This document shows, in pieces, positions 12,303 through 26,464 of a stretch of DNA of 64,000 bases; within the stretch, counting starts at the first letter, position 1, and every line of letters starts with the position of its first letter. The notes under the pieces were generated by a model. That model was given only the letters and a program-made list of their open reading frames with translations, did not search any database and was not told where the DNA came from. A program made the translations under genes and the position numbers. Source of the stretch: Octopus sinensis. Its lineage: Eukaryota. The stretch spans positions 83,576,001-83,640,000 of the forward strand of contig NC_042999.1 in assembly GCF_006345805.1 (NCBI RefSeq). The letters run 5' to 3'.

Positions 12303-12768
12303 CACATACACATATATGTAAAGGAGTGTTATATGTAAGTATGAAAGTATGGAACAGACAACTTCTAAATCAGTGAACACATAAATTGCATTTGTAATCA
12401 AAATGCAGGATGCATATTCTCCTGTGAAAATATGAAAACCCACCAAAAAAAAAAAAAATCATCCTACGCAATCAACCCCAAAACTGACACTGAAATATGA
12501 ACTGAAATATGTACCCATATATATATATATGCATATCACATGCAGTCCTACACTTATATAAACATGTATATTAGCAGGTGTTGTGTATGGATAAGTTTTG
12601 TTCTCTTTATGGCTTATTGTTCGCGATTCTGCCAATCTCCTGGTGAATGTTATCTCGTCTCCTCGTTGTGAAACTAATTACCAAATTCTTTGAATACGTT
12701 AATCTGAAATATTCCCAAGATTGGAACAATAAATTCTAAAGCTGGAACGCAATGCAATACTAATTATG

Positions 12769-12859
<91 letters not shown>

Positions 12860-13184
12860 GTATGTATATATGTATATGTATAGATGTATGTTTCTATATA
12901 TATGTATGTGTCTGTCTATCTTCCTGTTTGTCTGTTAGTCCTACTGCCCACATGTCCATTTATCTATCTAGCTGGGTCTAATATTCTTAGGCACAAATGC
13001 GTACACACATGTATATGAAATGTATATATGTTGGTATGAATATGCATATATATGTATATGTGTGTATGTATGTGTAGATGTATGTGTATGTATGTATATA
13101 TGTATGTTTGTATATATATATATGTATATGCATACATGCATATGTTTGTATATATATATATATGTATATGCATACATGCATATG

Positions 13185-13216
<32 letters not shown>

Positions 13217-15182
13217 TATGTGGGTGTGTACATACGTCTGATTCAGTATGTATATGAATTTACGATGTAATTACATTCACAGGAGTTCATTGGAGTGGTG
13301 GCGTTTGTATGCATTCATGTGTGTATATACAAGTGTGTGCTTATGTGCGTGAGTGTGTGTGTATGAGTGTGAGTGTATGCGTATGTCTGCAAGAGGCAGA
13401 GCTCAACATCGTTTTCTTTGATCTCCCTCATTGATATGGATCCATTCTTATGAATATCATGTTATATTTGTTCTCGTCTATACGTACCGCTATAGATACA
13501 CACACAGACACATATATGTATAATTCTTATAATGCATACATGTATGTAAATATATTCGCTACATCTCTATACATACACACTTACATTGTTATGAACAGAA
13601 TTCATTATTAACGTGGAAGACATTGGGTTTTCTTTATGATATACATAGATCGATTTGAAATCTATTCTTCATCACTATAGCATTGTAAATGATTGATGAA
13701 ATTTAAATTTGAAAAGAATTTTTTTCCATTACCGTCTTATTTGAAGTTTATTTTCATTATACATTTTCATTATTAATTTTAATTATTGCTTACCATCTAC
13801 ATTATTATATTTCATTATTCTTTCATAGGTCATAAACAGTTTATTCAACGCTAGCAAGAGAATAAAATGTTATGTATAGAGTTAAAGAGTTTTAAAGATT
13901 AAAATAAAATCTGCGTTCGTTATTTCTCATTGTATTTTATTATAGCCCTTATTTAGCATTTCAACTATATCTCTCTCACCTATTAAGCTCAAAAGGCAAT
14001 CTTATGAGTCACACAACAATTTCTTTAGAGTTTATTTTCCTTTATTTCTTAGCAACTTTCTTCCAATAAATTCCAATTAATTCGCTTGTCTCCTGTCCGG
14101 GTCGGACGGAGCAACATCTCTTTGAAGAAGCGCTCTAACAGTAACGATCCTGTTATTTTGTTTATCGAGCACTAATTTACATCTTCTTCACTATCTTTAA
14201 ATGCGATTTGAGTGATATTTGCTTGCTATTTCTAGCAGGCCTTTGCAGTCACAGAGAGACTTCCTTTGTTAGGTCTATAGCTCACTTGCTCATTCAGTGG
14301 GAAAGAAAATCATGACATGACATAACATTCTTTTAGTCTTAAGCCTGAAGATTAAGTTAAAATTCACTTGTGTACAGAACAGAAACAAAATGTGTATCTG
14401 AACTCTGCCATGTCATCTCTCACTTCTCTCTCTCCCCCGAGTGGGATGAGAAGAAGAGGGAGAGGGAGAAGTGGTGGTGAGTGAAATGGGTAAAATTTTA
14501 AAATCAACTTTCTCCGTTACTTAGCCCATCTGTAACGCTTTCACGCGATTAGTTGAAGGGAAACGTGAAAAGCGAGAGAAAAAGGAGAAAGAAAATGAGG
14601 CTAAGGCGAAGTGTGAGAGAGAAAAAAAAGCAGTGTGCTGTGTATTAAGTCTATAAAATTATGCATAAAGTATAGAAAATGTGTTTATAAAGTGCATTAA
14701 GTAATCATCGTATTCCAATTTCCTTCACTTATCAATGGAACAACTATCTTTTGATACAGACACAACACACACTACACTTTAACGTTTTTTTGGATAAAGT
14801 TTTCAGAAATAACCCAATAAGTTTACCTTTAATTCCGTGAAATATTCACGGGTCACACTAGTACTCATAAATATGTATACCCGCACAGACAAACATGCAA
14901 ACATACAAAGAAAAATATACGTACCAGTCTATCATTTCAACACAAGTGGCCATTCTGTATACCACTTATCAATAACTTAGTGACTGGCATATCTGTAAGA
15001 AACGTTCAGCAACGTATCATATATGAACATAGAACCATGGCGCCTATAGTTTACAATTAAGGTTTTACATTCCACTGGTCCAATACTGTAACGGGATTTG
15101 ACATTTTAGCTTGCCTACATTCCAGTTTTCTCTCTACCAGACCAGCGCTTGATTTTCGGCCTCTGTACATATTTCCCCTTCA

Positions 15183-15460
15183 CAGAGCCGGATTAAGACC
15201 CTTGGGGGGCCTAAGCACTTAGGAGATTTTGGTGCCCCATAAAAGTTTATGTAATTCAAAATATAAACAATAACAAACCATAAAATAATTTTTTATTTTT
15301 CAAAACGAAACAAAACAGTAAGAGGGGAAAATAATGTTTATTTTTGTATACTTCCACGTTATTTATACTTGAAAAGTTTCCTCCTACTTCGATCAGATCC
15401 TCAAAATTAATCTTAGGTAACACATCTGCATCTATACTTAGTAGAGATAAAGGCATCCCG
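15183..15460 (-). mobile_element. hAT transposon 3' end (C-terminal dimerisation-domain remnant plus TIR)
   Basis: ORF 15256..15456(-) LSLLSIDADVLPKINFEDLIE resembles the hATC LxxLSIExD...IDFxxxI motif; CAGAGCCGGATTAAG...GGGGGCC terminus is hAT-like. Confidence 0.6.
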
Positions 15461-15884
15461 AATATTATTTTAGCAAGTTTACAATGGTTTTAAAGGGATT
15501 ATACATATATATATATATCAGAATATTTCAGTATTATATATAATGCACTCTTGTGCAACGCGCACACATAGCCCAACCCCACCACCACCACCATTCACAC
15601 ACACAAACACACACACAGACACACACACACACCACACATGCACACACACACACACCCATGCATACATTTAGAAGGGAGGATTGGTAGTATTTTTGGACAA
15701 AATGCCTTGTAGTATTTTCTTCCAACCATTTACGTTATCAGTTTTGAATGCCACCGAGGTCAACTTGACCTCACATCTTTTTGGAAAAATTCAATTTGAC
15801 TAGCCTATTGACTCCCACTCTCTGACGTCTCTGTTAGAAGCGATTCTATGTGTGTGTGTGTGTGTGTGTGCTTACATATATATA

Positions 15885-15932
<48 letters not shown>

Positions 15933-16110
15933 TATATATAATATATATATATATATACATAAATATATAGGTATATATATATATATAAATATAAATATAT
16001 ACATATATATGTATATACATGTATATATATATAAATATACATACATACATAAATATATATATACATTATGATATATACACACATATTATATACTCATATA
16101 TATACACACA

Positions 16111-16144
<34 letters not shown>

Positions 16145-17399
16145 GTGTATATTGTACATGCACAAACGAACACATATGTTTATATGAGTAGACGGGATCT
16201 AAATAATTGACAGAATGTGCACTTAAATTTGTATAAAATTCTGCTTTTACTTCATATTGAATTTCACTCTTTATTGGGCCGTTTATTTGGTAACAACTAA
16301 CTTAGAATGCCACAGAACATAACACAAGGGTAGTGATGAAAAAAAGATGCTTATATGAAGAACTAGGTGCAATTATTTCATTTGACATTAATCTCGGTGT
16401 GTTTAATTTTCTAGATATTATATCAACTAAGTGTCCTTACAGTATATCAACAAAAACTCTGAGCAAATTCTTGCTAACTTAAAAATATTGTGGAAAACAT
16501 TAATATCGCTTTGTTTAGTATTCCATCTATATACTTTGCATACAAATTCAAGCACATTAACATGTGCACATAAATGTATACATATATGCACCTAACTATA
16601 CGTGTTAAATGCATATAGGTGCAATAAACATGAATCAGAACATAAGTATACATACTCATGAAGATGCACACACATCTACATCATACATGCAGCTTCATAT
16701 ATAGACACGTGAAAGTTTTCATTTGTGTTCAAATTCACTGGTTTTATAGCCGTAAAACGAATTTGCATTGGAAACGGCCTTCCATTTAGTGTTGAATGTG
16801 CATTATTGTTTTTCACATGCAACATTTTTTTTTAGTACTATTTTTCCTTTTTTCTGCTTCTTATATTCCTCAATGTTTGTGTATGTTGTTAGTATCGAAA
16901 TTTGAATAGGTTAGAAACGATTCCAATGCAACACTTTGAAGAATTTTAGTTCATTACTTGATATCGATGTCTTTTTCCGAGACAATTTAACTCTAACAAG
17001 CTGTTGTTGGTAATGTTACAATTCCAATTCTGATTATTGATATTTGACGTGGGTTTGTTAAATTTTCAGAACCAATATTGGCCATAAGATATTACAGTAT
17101 CCACTACAAAACAAATTATTCGAAAGCCATAAAATAAAGTATGATTTATCCATTCTTAACTACGCCTTTTTACAAATAACTTCACATTCTTTGAGTATCT
17201 GACAGATCTTGGGCTGCTTCTACTTCCTCCACCAAAATTCTTCCAGCAGAGGAAAACAGGTGTATATCGGTTAAAGTCGATAATACAATACTACATACAT
17301 ACATACATACATACATACATACATACATACATACATGCATACATACATACATACATACATACATACATACATACATACATACATACATACATACATACA

Positions 17400-17430
<31 letters not shown>

Positions 17431-17554
17431 TACATACATACTTATAGACAGACAAATAGACATTCATACACACATTCACTCGTACACACACACTTACATA
17501 TACTGGAGGTGCTCGAGGAACCTTTGATTGAGAGATATGTATATATATTATTTT

Positions 17555-17742
17555 CTTTTATTTGCTTCAGTCATTTGATTGCAGCCACGCTGGAGCACCG
17601 CCTTTGGTCGAAAACATCGATCCCAGGACTTACTCTTTGTAAGACTAATACTTATTCTATCATTCTCTTTTGCCGAACCGGTGAGTCACGGGGACGTAAA
17701 CACACCAACATCGGTTGTCAAACGATGGTGGGAGACACAGAT

Positions 17743-17745
<3 letters not shown>
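17555..17745 (-). mobile_element. SINE 3' body (family also at 55490..55700, 61275..61410, partial 20900..20990 and 63945..64000)
   Basis: cagtcatttga.tgc.gcca.gctggagcaccgcc...tacttattctatc..tctcttttgccgaaccg...gtaaacacacc shared among copies. Confidence 0.75.
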
Positions 17746-17792
<47 letters not shown>

Positions 17793-17794
<2 letters not shown>

Positions 17795-18003
17795 CAGTTA
17801 ATCCAAACATGAACAAAGACAAAACACAACAACGCGAGGATGTGGAACAAGTATACTGTTATTGGACGTTCAGGAAAGGAAAGAAAGAAGCAGGATTTAA
17901 CGTTTCGAGCGGAACTCTTCGTCAGAAACATAGAAAAAGGACAGGTCCAAGGAAGGGAAGACGGAGAAAGAAAATCGCCAATGATATATACGCGGTCACA
18001 TAT
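17793..18003 (-). mobile_element. Hammerhead-bearing short element, family A, apparently full length, ending in (TA)n
   Basis: Aligns end to end with 40717..40923. Confidence 0.8.
17896..17928 (-). ncRNA. Minimal type I hammerhead ribozyme, canonical core
   Basis: UUU-CUGACGA-A-GAGU(UCC)GCUC-GAAAC-GUU-AAA. Confidence 0.65.
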
Positions 18004-18024
18004 TGAAAACATTCATATATAAAG

Positions 18025-18178
18025 GACGGGCTTCTTTCAGTTTCGTCTACCCAATCGACTCACAAAGCTTCGGTTGGCCCGAGGCTATAGTGGAAGACAC
18101 TTGCCCAAGGTGCCACGCAGTGGAACTGAACCCGGAACCATATGGTTGGGAAGTAAATTTCTTACCACAGCCACGTCT
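18025..18178 (-). mobile_element. tRNA-derived SINE, same family as 9881..10020
   Basis: gggcttctttcagtttcgtcta...gaagacacttgcccaaggtgccacgcagtggaactgaacccggaacc. Confidence 0.8.
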
Positions 18179-19239
18179 GCACCTATGTATATACAATTAT
18201 ATTTAATATGTTTGCGTACACTCAGAATTGGAAAGTCCTCTGACGAGGGAATTGTCTCGGGGGAAATCTGTTTAGTGATATGCATGAAGACACATCACAG
18301 AGCTATGAATGACGTCACTGGACAATAGATTTCAATCATTTCTACATCGGTACGCTTCATCAGCTACGGACATCGAACTTATCATTCATAGCTCACTAAA
18401 AATCAGCCGTTCTTATCTTTAAAGAGCAAATAGTACATTTGCTAATTGGTGAAAACTTTGTCAAGTTCGAATTAATTAACTAGAGGGGCACAAATCGGCG
18501 TTGAGTAGAATAGTCCTGTACAGTTATATCTAGCGTTTTTCTGCAGCGAAGATCTTTTCACGTTCGAGTGTATACAAGCATGTTACATGTGATTGTACAC
18601 ACGTATTCTTCAGTTAATTAATTCCAGTTTGACTGGAATAAGTTTTGAGCACATCAAAAAATGTGTTATCTGCCGTTTAAATATAAGAACCGCTGTTTTA
18701 AGAGGGCTGTGAACCACGAACTCAGTGTTCGTAGATGATGAAGTGAAACGGCGCAGACACATGTCCCTACAGCCCGTTGACGTAATTCATAGCTCAGCGA
18801 TGTGCTTTTACACATATTGTTTATATGGAGGAATTATCTCTCAAGACAATTCTGTAGCGAAGGTCTTTCCACGCCCAAGTGTATACGAACGAGTTAACTA
18901 TAATAGTACCCACTCACGTACGCATACACAAACACACAAACAAACACACACATATATACACGCACTCACACATATATGCATTTGTACATCTCGATGTCTT
19001 TTCTCCATGTATGTACATGCTTATATGTCTGTGTTTATTTCTGTGTACACGTAATCGTATGCATGTGTGCATGTGTGCATATGTGAATTTAGAAGAAGTT
19101 CCTCTGGATATCAGTGAGATATGTAAAGGAATAACGAACGAAAGAGAATGACTTGGGTTCCGACAACTATAGCTTTTCGCATATTTCTTTGTTCTTACGA
19201 GCTTTTTTGATTCTTACAATTTCTTCCAAAAGATAATTA

Positions 19240-19319
19240 GATTTTATGTTTTTGAATTATCAATAATAATAATTGTCATGATCATCATGATCATCATCAT
19301 CATCATCATCATTATTATT

Positions 19320-19371
<52 letters not shown>

Positions 19372-19509
19372 TGATGAAAATAAATAACAATAATTGTATT
19401 ATTATTAGTAATAATAATATAAAAATACGAATGATAATCATTCATCTTTTCCTTCTATCTCATCTTCCTTCATTTTCTTTTTCTTTTTCTTCTTCTTCTT
19501 CTTCTTCTT

Positions 19510-19540
<31 letters not shown>

Positions 19541-19820
19541 TTATTATTATTATTATTATTAATATTATTATTATTATTGTCATTATCCTCTTCCTTATTG
19601 TTGTTGTTGTTGCTGTTGCAGTTGTTTCTTTAGTATTATAATAGTATATTAACCTCCTAATCATAGAAGGTAAAGATAAAAATTATTAAAAGGGGAAATA
19701 TTTTTTCATCTTCCCTTCCAGTCTATTTTTGCAGTCATGTCTAAAGCAGGAAGTTAATTAGCCTAAAGCTAATTTGTTAAACTATACATCACACCACATC
19801 TCACTCCGCATAGAACAAAA

Positions 19821-19888
<68 letters not shown>

Positions 19889-19890
19889 AT
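19240..19890. repeat. Compound trinucleotide microsatellites (ATC)n(ATT)n, (TTC)n(TTA)n, (CTA)n
   Basis: Directly visible; explains the homopolymeric I/L/N/R/S/Y ORFs. Confidence 0.95.
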
Positions 19891-19981
19891 AATCGTCATA
19901 TTCTCATGTATTTCTCTGTCTCTCTTCCCTATTAATCTGTCCCTGCTTCTCTTCATTTTTTGCCATTCTTATTCTCATTAT

Positions 19982-20170
19982 TAAGGCAGTGATCTGGCAG
20001 AATAGTTAGCACATCGGACAAAATGCTTAGCCACATTCCTTCTGTCTTTATGTTCTGGGTTCAAATTCGGCCAAGATCGACTTTGTCTTTCAACCTTTTC
20101 GGAATCGATAAGATAAGCACCAGTTGAATACTGGGAACGATGTAATTGACTAAGCCACTTACCCAAATTT
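19982..20170 (+). mobile_element. tRNA-derived SINE
   Basis: A box-like tggcagaatagttagca, B box-like gggttcaaattc, then gactttgtctttcaaccttttcggaatcgataagataagcaccagttgaatactggg body; decayed relatives near 6.5-7.1 kb and 11.7 kb. Confidence 0.7.
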
Positions 20171-22215
20171 CAGCCATTTTTTTTTTTTAGAATTCTAGCA
20201 GAATACAATATGACACTCTGCTCCTGGATGATAATACCAATATCTTTTAGCCTCTTTGGTAGCTGTTTGATTGTTGTGTCAAGTGCACCAATCCCCACAG
20301 GAAAAACGTCATCTCTACCACTATTTTTTCATCTTCCTATCTAGATCATGATATTTCCCAATTTACTCAATTTCTTTCAAATACACTCTCATATATAGCA
20401 TCACTAATCTATGATCTTACATTATTTATTTAGTTTTTGTCATCTACAATTATATTCAGTGTGGATTTTCTTTATGGACAAATCTCATAAATCCAGTTCT
20501 TTTCATTCACTCTCACAGCCTCTGGCTTTAGTTCATACCATTTCTTTCTCAATTTGAACCTAGAAACTTGGTTTACATCCTAAGAAACTCTTTTACAAAC
20601 ACAACTGTAACTACGTTAGTATAGTTTTGGTACTGTTTTTATTAACATCAACCGATTTTTCCAGGTAAGTGATAGTAAAACTTGCATCCAATTTTGCTAC
20701 GGGTTCTACATTTACTCACTGAGTGAGTTTTATCAATGTTTGTCTTTATCAAGTTCATTTTAATGGCATGTTCATAAGTGCATATAATTAGCGATTCCGT
20801 TCCTTGTTTCAAGTTTCCATTTGTCAAGCATAACCGGCGCTCTTCATTTTCAGCATCGGTCTGTTGCATGAATTGGCCGCATTGATATACAAATATATTT
20901 TGAACTACGTAAACCGTTAAGTAACAGGGACGTAAACACACCCACAACGGTTGTCAAGCAGTGGAGGAGGAGGAGCACAAACACAATGACACACACTTAT
21001 GGGGACACGCACACACACACATACACACACGCACACACACACTTACATATGTGTGTGTATGTATATTACATATAAATACATACACACAGGCACACACACA
21101 AACACACATATAGCAGATTTTCTACATTATTGTCTTCAAGCGCATCATCCATATATCCTCTCAGAGAATATACTACACAGGCGACGTTTGTTATTTATAT
21201 ATTAGGAGTTGTAGATATTGTATTCACCACATCTAGTGATTACTATCCGCTAACGCTGTCGGTTCTGTTGCACTGTTTAAGCCAGGTTTATGTAAGCAGA
21301 CTAGAGCCAGGTTTTTTTAAAGTTCGCGAAATTATTGATCAAATAAAAGTCTATATTTATAGGTTTTGTGTACGGTTAATTTGACTTACGCGTCATCAAT
21401 CTATCCGTTTCTGTTCTTGATTTTAGATGTTCAAAACTTAATCTAGTTTGTGTGAAGATTTTGTCACTGGGACTATAACCGTTTGGTTACCTTTTTTTAA
21501 TGTTGTTTTGATGATAGTCGACAAAAGCAAGTCACAGGTTTTCTTGTGAGTTGGAGAGATACTGAATAACATTAATGATTGCGTTCTGTTCTTCTCCCTT
21601 TGTGACATTAATAACTTTATCCCCTTTCAGCGTGGTAGATAGCGTATTATATGAGGTAATTTATATTTAAGTAGAATTGAGTTTTATAACAGTCTTCTTT
21701 GACTAGGCAGTGAAAAACTCTAACAAGAAAAAAAGAACTCTATCAGAAAATATATATAAATAATAAAAGACGGAATATTGCTTATATAAAAGTTATTCCA
21801 TTAACGATACTCGTTTCCCAGATTTTCAGAACATAAAGCGTCAGCACTGACTCATTTGGCCGGACACCATCATTGTCGACAATATATAACGTTCAGACAT
21901 CAGTTCTCAATCTCTAAAAGGTAGAACAACTTCGAGACAGTAATCAATAGATGACCACTAGAACATAGTAAATGCTTGAGATACAAACATTGGATCTAAG
22001 TACAAACTATCAATTTAAAACAGTGCAGTACTGGATGACGAAAGAACATCCTAAGCCGTAAGCGTGGTTTATATAGACAATAATCTACAGTCTTACCTTA
22101 TGCTTTTCAGACTGTAGAAACATCAACGTATGTATAAACTACGTGAATGCATGCATGGATAAAAGTATGCGACTATGTGTATGTATGTATGTATGTATGT
22201 ATGTATGTATGTATG

Positions 22216-22249
<34 letters not shown>

Positions 22250-22368
22250 TGTATGTATGTATGTATGCATGTATGTATGTATGTATGTTTGTATGTATGC
22301 ATGTATGTATATATGTACGTACGTAAAAACATGTATGAAATGTGTGTCTATGCGCAGTGTTATTTGTG

Positions 22369-22419
<51 letters not shown>

Positions 22420-23899
22420 ATATCTATCTATATATGTAAGTATACATCTATGTGTGTCTGTCTGCCTGTTATTTTTGTCTATCGAACGACACGTGTATAT
22501 ATTCTGGCTATTACATAAATACGTATACACATATATATGTGTGTGAGAGTGTGTGTGTCTGTATGTATATATGTATGTATATTTGTATTTATTTATTTAT
22601 CAGATATGTATACAACTCCATCTCTACACCATTCCCTTCTCTCAGCTTAAATATATGTGTGTGTATGTGTGCGTGTGTGAATGTATGTGCGTGTGTATGT
22701 ATGCATATATGTATTTATGTATATTTAGCTCCCGATGCGCCTACCAGTTCGTTAATCTCGTTAAATCTACTCCTTATTCCTATTCTACATGCGAAGCAAA
22801 AGGGATTACTTGAATTCTAAGAATCTCACTGTCAGGATTTAACCAGGTTCAAAGTAAGCTTTCTTGAATTTTCCATTTCTTTTTCTTTCCCTCTATTTCT
22901 TTCACTTTTATTATACTTTCCGTTTCTTTTCCTTTCCGTAGACCTATCTATCTACCTACCTTCCTACCTACCTACCTACCTACCTACCTACCTACCTACC
23001 TACCTATCTATCTATGTATCGGTCAGTCAGCCTGTCTATCTGTCTATCTTTCTACCTATCAATCTGTTTATCTAGCTATCAGTCTATCTATTACTTATCT
23101 ATCTACCGTTGCCTACCAGTTTATTTACCTATCTGTCTGTCTCTTCGTCTGTCTGTATATCATGATGTACTTATTTGTTCAGTTATCCGCTTGACCCTTC
23201 GTATTCTGTATGATTGCTATTTTCTATTTTTAATTATTTGAAGCCTTCTAATTCGTGAGACATTCAACTTTCTACAGTCAAGTCTCTTACGAAGCCTATG
23301 TTGACCGTATAGATAACAAAATTGTGGCCTGTATAGCCGACGATTTAAACTGTTGACAACCTATGCTATCCTTATCTACAGACCTATATGATACTCTCTA
23401 TATATACGATCTTGATGGCCGTATAGTGCTGGTCCATATCTACATTAGCATATTCGGGCAATCAAGTGGGTGCTTGCCCGACGATTGGAAATGACTGAGC
23501 TGGTTTGTGAGACTTTCGCGCTCACCGAACGTGTATGGATATACAGATGTGCATATGTCTTTGCATATATACATACAAGCATACTCACACACAGACACCC
23601 AGCCGTTCAAGAATTTGGACCTGGAGATCTCCATTTCCAGCGACTTCGAGGGCCACCTCCCAGTGGTGTCGGGCGTCAACGAAGAGCCCTCGACTACAAC
23701 AAGACGACCAAAGTTATTTTTTTTCCAAGGTCTGGGGTCTGCCGTCCCTAAGCCCAAGACCACCACATAATCACCCTTACCCGTCTTGTTGCTTAACAAC
23801 AACAACACAGACACCCACACAGTCACACAGACAGATATTCACGTATGCGCCAATAAAAATACCCCCCCCCCATATATATACACGCAAATGAATAACAGC

Positions 23900-24248
23900 C
23901 GATGGATACATGTCAGTTAATTACAGCTGTTTCTTACACATTTTTAATTGATGAATGAGTACATAATATCATTGTAAAAAACCGTATTCATCAGATGATA
24001 CATATAATTTCAAAACAATATAAGGACACTCCATGTACACAGTGGGAGCAAGCCTATCGCCTATCGAAAGTGGTCAGCTTTGGCTGGCCGATAGGAGTGT
24101 TCCCACTGCGTTCATGGAGTATTCTTAAATTGTTTTGAAATTATATGTATCACCTGATGGATACGGGTTTTGGGAATGATGTAACGTACTCAGTCATCTA
24201 TCAAAAATGTGTAAGAAACAGTTGTAATGAACTGACATTTACCAATCG
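23900..24248. repeat. Foldback/MITE-like palindrome, ~170-bp imperfect arms
   Basis: atgtcagtt.attaca.ctgtttcttacacatttt...gatacatataatttcaaaacaat mirrored by attgttttgaaattatatgtatc...aaaatgtgtaagaaacagttgtaatgaactgacat; centre ~24078. Confidence 0.9.
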
Positions 24249-25509
24249 TATGTTATTATTCATCTGCTTATAATACACCGAAGGGATTCACGTCACGTCG
24301 AACATCCTAGAGTATAACAAACAACGTATGATCAACACATGCGCTTGATACCAGCCACTAGACGCTAAATATTCGTAGGAGTGGTTTTCTCTGTGTGCAC
24401 AAGCTGAATATTTTACGGTATATTTGTTTGACTAAAGGTGGTGATCACAGGTTAACTTAACCCTACCTGGTGCATAACATTCACGTACTCGATTCTCTCA
24501 AGAATTCTTATTATTGCACACACACACACACAAACACACACACAAACACACACACACACACAACGATACATATGCATGCCTGCATACCAAAGCCTGCTCC
24601 TCTGGGCTTCCACTCGTATCCTTTAAAAAGTTTATAAAGTGATGTATATATATATGCATATAAAGTGATGTATATATATATATATGCTTATGCATATATC
24701 GCTATATTCATATATTGTTTACATATGCATAAACACACACACACTCACACACATATATCATCTTTAAAGCTGGATACACCTCTGGAAAAATGCATCATCA
24801 TTATGCATTCATCTGGATGTGTAGGCAGCGTCATGTAATTACGTGTATGCATTTGCGTACGTATAATGATATAACTTAAATACAAATATCCACGCTTGGA
24901 ACAGACCATAAACCCTATGTATTGTAACATAATCTCCTCAACACTGACATTTCCAAAACACCCAGTTTAAAATATCTTATTAGGAAATCTTATAACACCC
25001 ACATCAATTTAACCTATCTGACCTATGCCCTGTGACCTATGCTGATTTATCTGCAAAAATTATTTTGTTAACCACAAAAAAACACCACAAAAATCAACTT
25101 TCTATACAACGAAGGTCTCGACACGTCTATCATTTACTTTTTACCATTTGCTTGTTTTAAACGTTGGGTTCCACCTCGAATGGTTTTGTCGAACAAACCG
25201 AGCCCAGTAACCAGTTTGGAACATATTCTATCAGTCGCTTTCATAGAACTGCTAGGTTACAGTGGCGTAAACATCGGTTAGGGAACAAACGCAAAGACAT
25301 GTACTCTTACATACACATACATGCAAACATACATACAAATACATACTTACATACATACGTTCATACAGATACATACATATATATATATGAGTATGTATAT
25401 ATTAATGTATTTATATATATACAATTATATACATATATAAATATATATGTTTGTGTGTGTAGTAACAGAAAGGGGGGGGATTCGATTATCTCCACGTAGT
25501 AAGTTGTAA

Positions 25510-25752
25510 TATATATAAGAAATTAAAGAAGGAAAATGCACGCACTTCACATATATTTGACATACTTTTTTAATATGTATTAGATTGTGTTTGTCGACTG
25601 GTTTCGCTTTCGCTTATCATGACATTAAAATTATTTTAATTACGTTTTTTCTCAAGAAAAAGGTTTTCTTTGACCATGTTGTGTGTCAACAAACACAATA
25701 CAAAATATATTAAATCTATGTAAAGTGTGTGCATTTTCCTTCTTCAATTTCT

Positions 25753-25765
<13 letters not shown>
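25510..25765. mobile_element. Miniature Penelope-derived element with ~85-bp inverted arms
   Basis: aagaaatt.aagaaggaaaatgcac.cactt.acata.attt...gtgtttgt.gac on + at 25517-25598 and as reverse complement at 25683-25755; encloses a hammerhead-like motif. Confidence 0.6.
25592..25624 (-). ncRNA. Decayed minimal hammerhead (core AUGAUAA)
   Basis: UGUC-AUGAUAA-GC(GAAA)GC-GAAAC(CA)GUC-GACA; stems intact but the 3-8 core pair is broken (A-A). Confidence 0.4.
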
Positions 25766-25795
<30 letters not shown>

Positions 25796-26464
25796 TATAT
25801 ATAATATATATATATATATATGCGTGTGTGTGTGTCCATATATATATTCTAGCAGTATTGCCCGGCTTTGCAAAATGGTCACATTTAATTCAAAGCGTTA
25901 AGAATGTTAGGAAAACAATTGGTATGTGTTCACAAAGTCCAAACGATTAATATGAAAAAAACCCTCCAGGCTACATCCCGAAAATTCATTTCTGTGCCGA
26001 ATTTCTACACTGTTTACGGCGATTCGTTTTTATATCTTGATTTTTTATTTTTCATGCAATTTACGCATGCTTGCACGCGTGGTGAACACACTTCACGTCA
26101 AACAGCTGACTGAGTAAAGTTCACTATTCAATGCATGGGATAAGGCCTAAACAAACACATTATCGATTTTTGCACTTGCGAGATGAATTTCGGAACAGAA
26201 ATAGCGCAGTTCAATTTTCATTCGCCTAAACTTTAAGTGACCTATTTTTGGTGTTTCTACGATTTGTTGGCTAGGAGGAGATGTGCCGGGATGTTAAACA
26301 CACAGACACACAGTTACACACACAGACAAACGACACACAAGTTGAGTTTTATATATATAGATATATACTTCAAGTCAAGAAACTCAGATGAAGGCAGCAA
26401 CGTGAATCTCCGTCAACCACTAAATGTCACATATCAGAGGAGGTTTAGTGAAAGTGTAGCAATG

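Noticed and set aside
13385-13460. EF-hand-like peptide DIHKNGSISMRE on minus strand
   Set aside because: In-frame stop immediately upstream and no splice acceptor; single short motif.
18236-18280. cugacgagggaauugucucgggggaaauc
   Set aside because: Extra G run between stem II and GAAA, and no NUH or stem I.
20519-20665. Plus-strand exon with strong acceptor and gtaagt donor
   Set aside because: All three frames contain stops over the full exon; could only be UTR, with no support.
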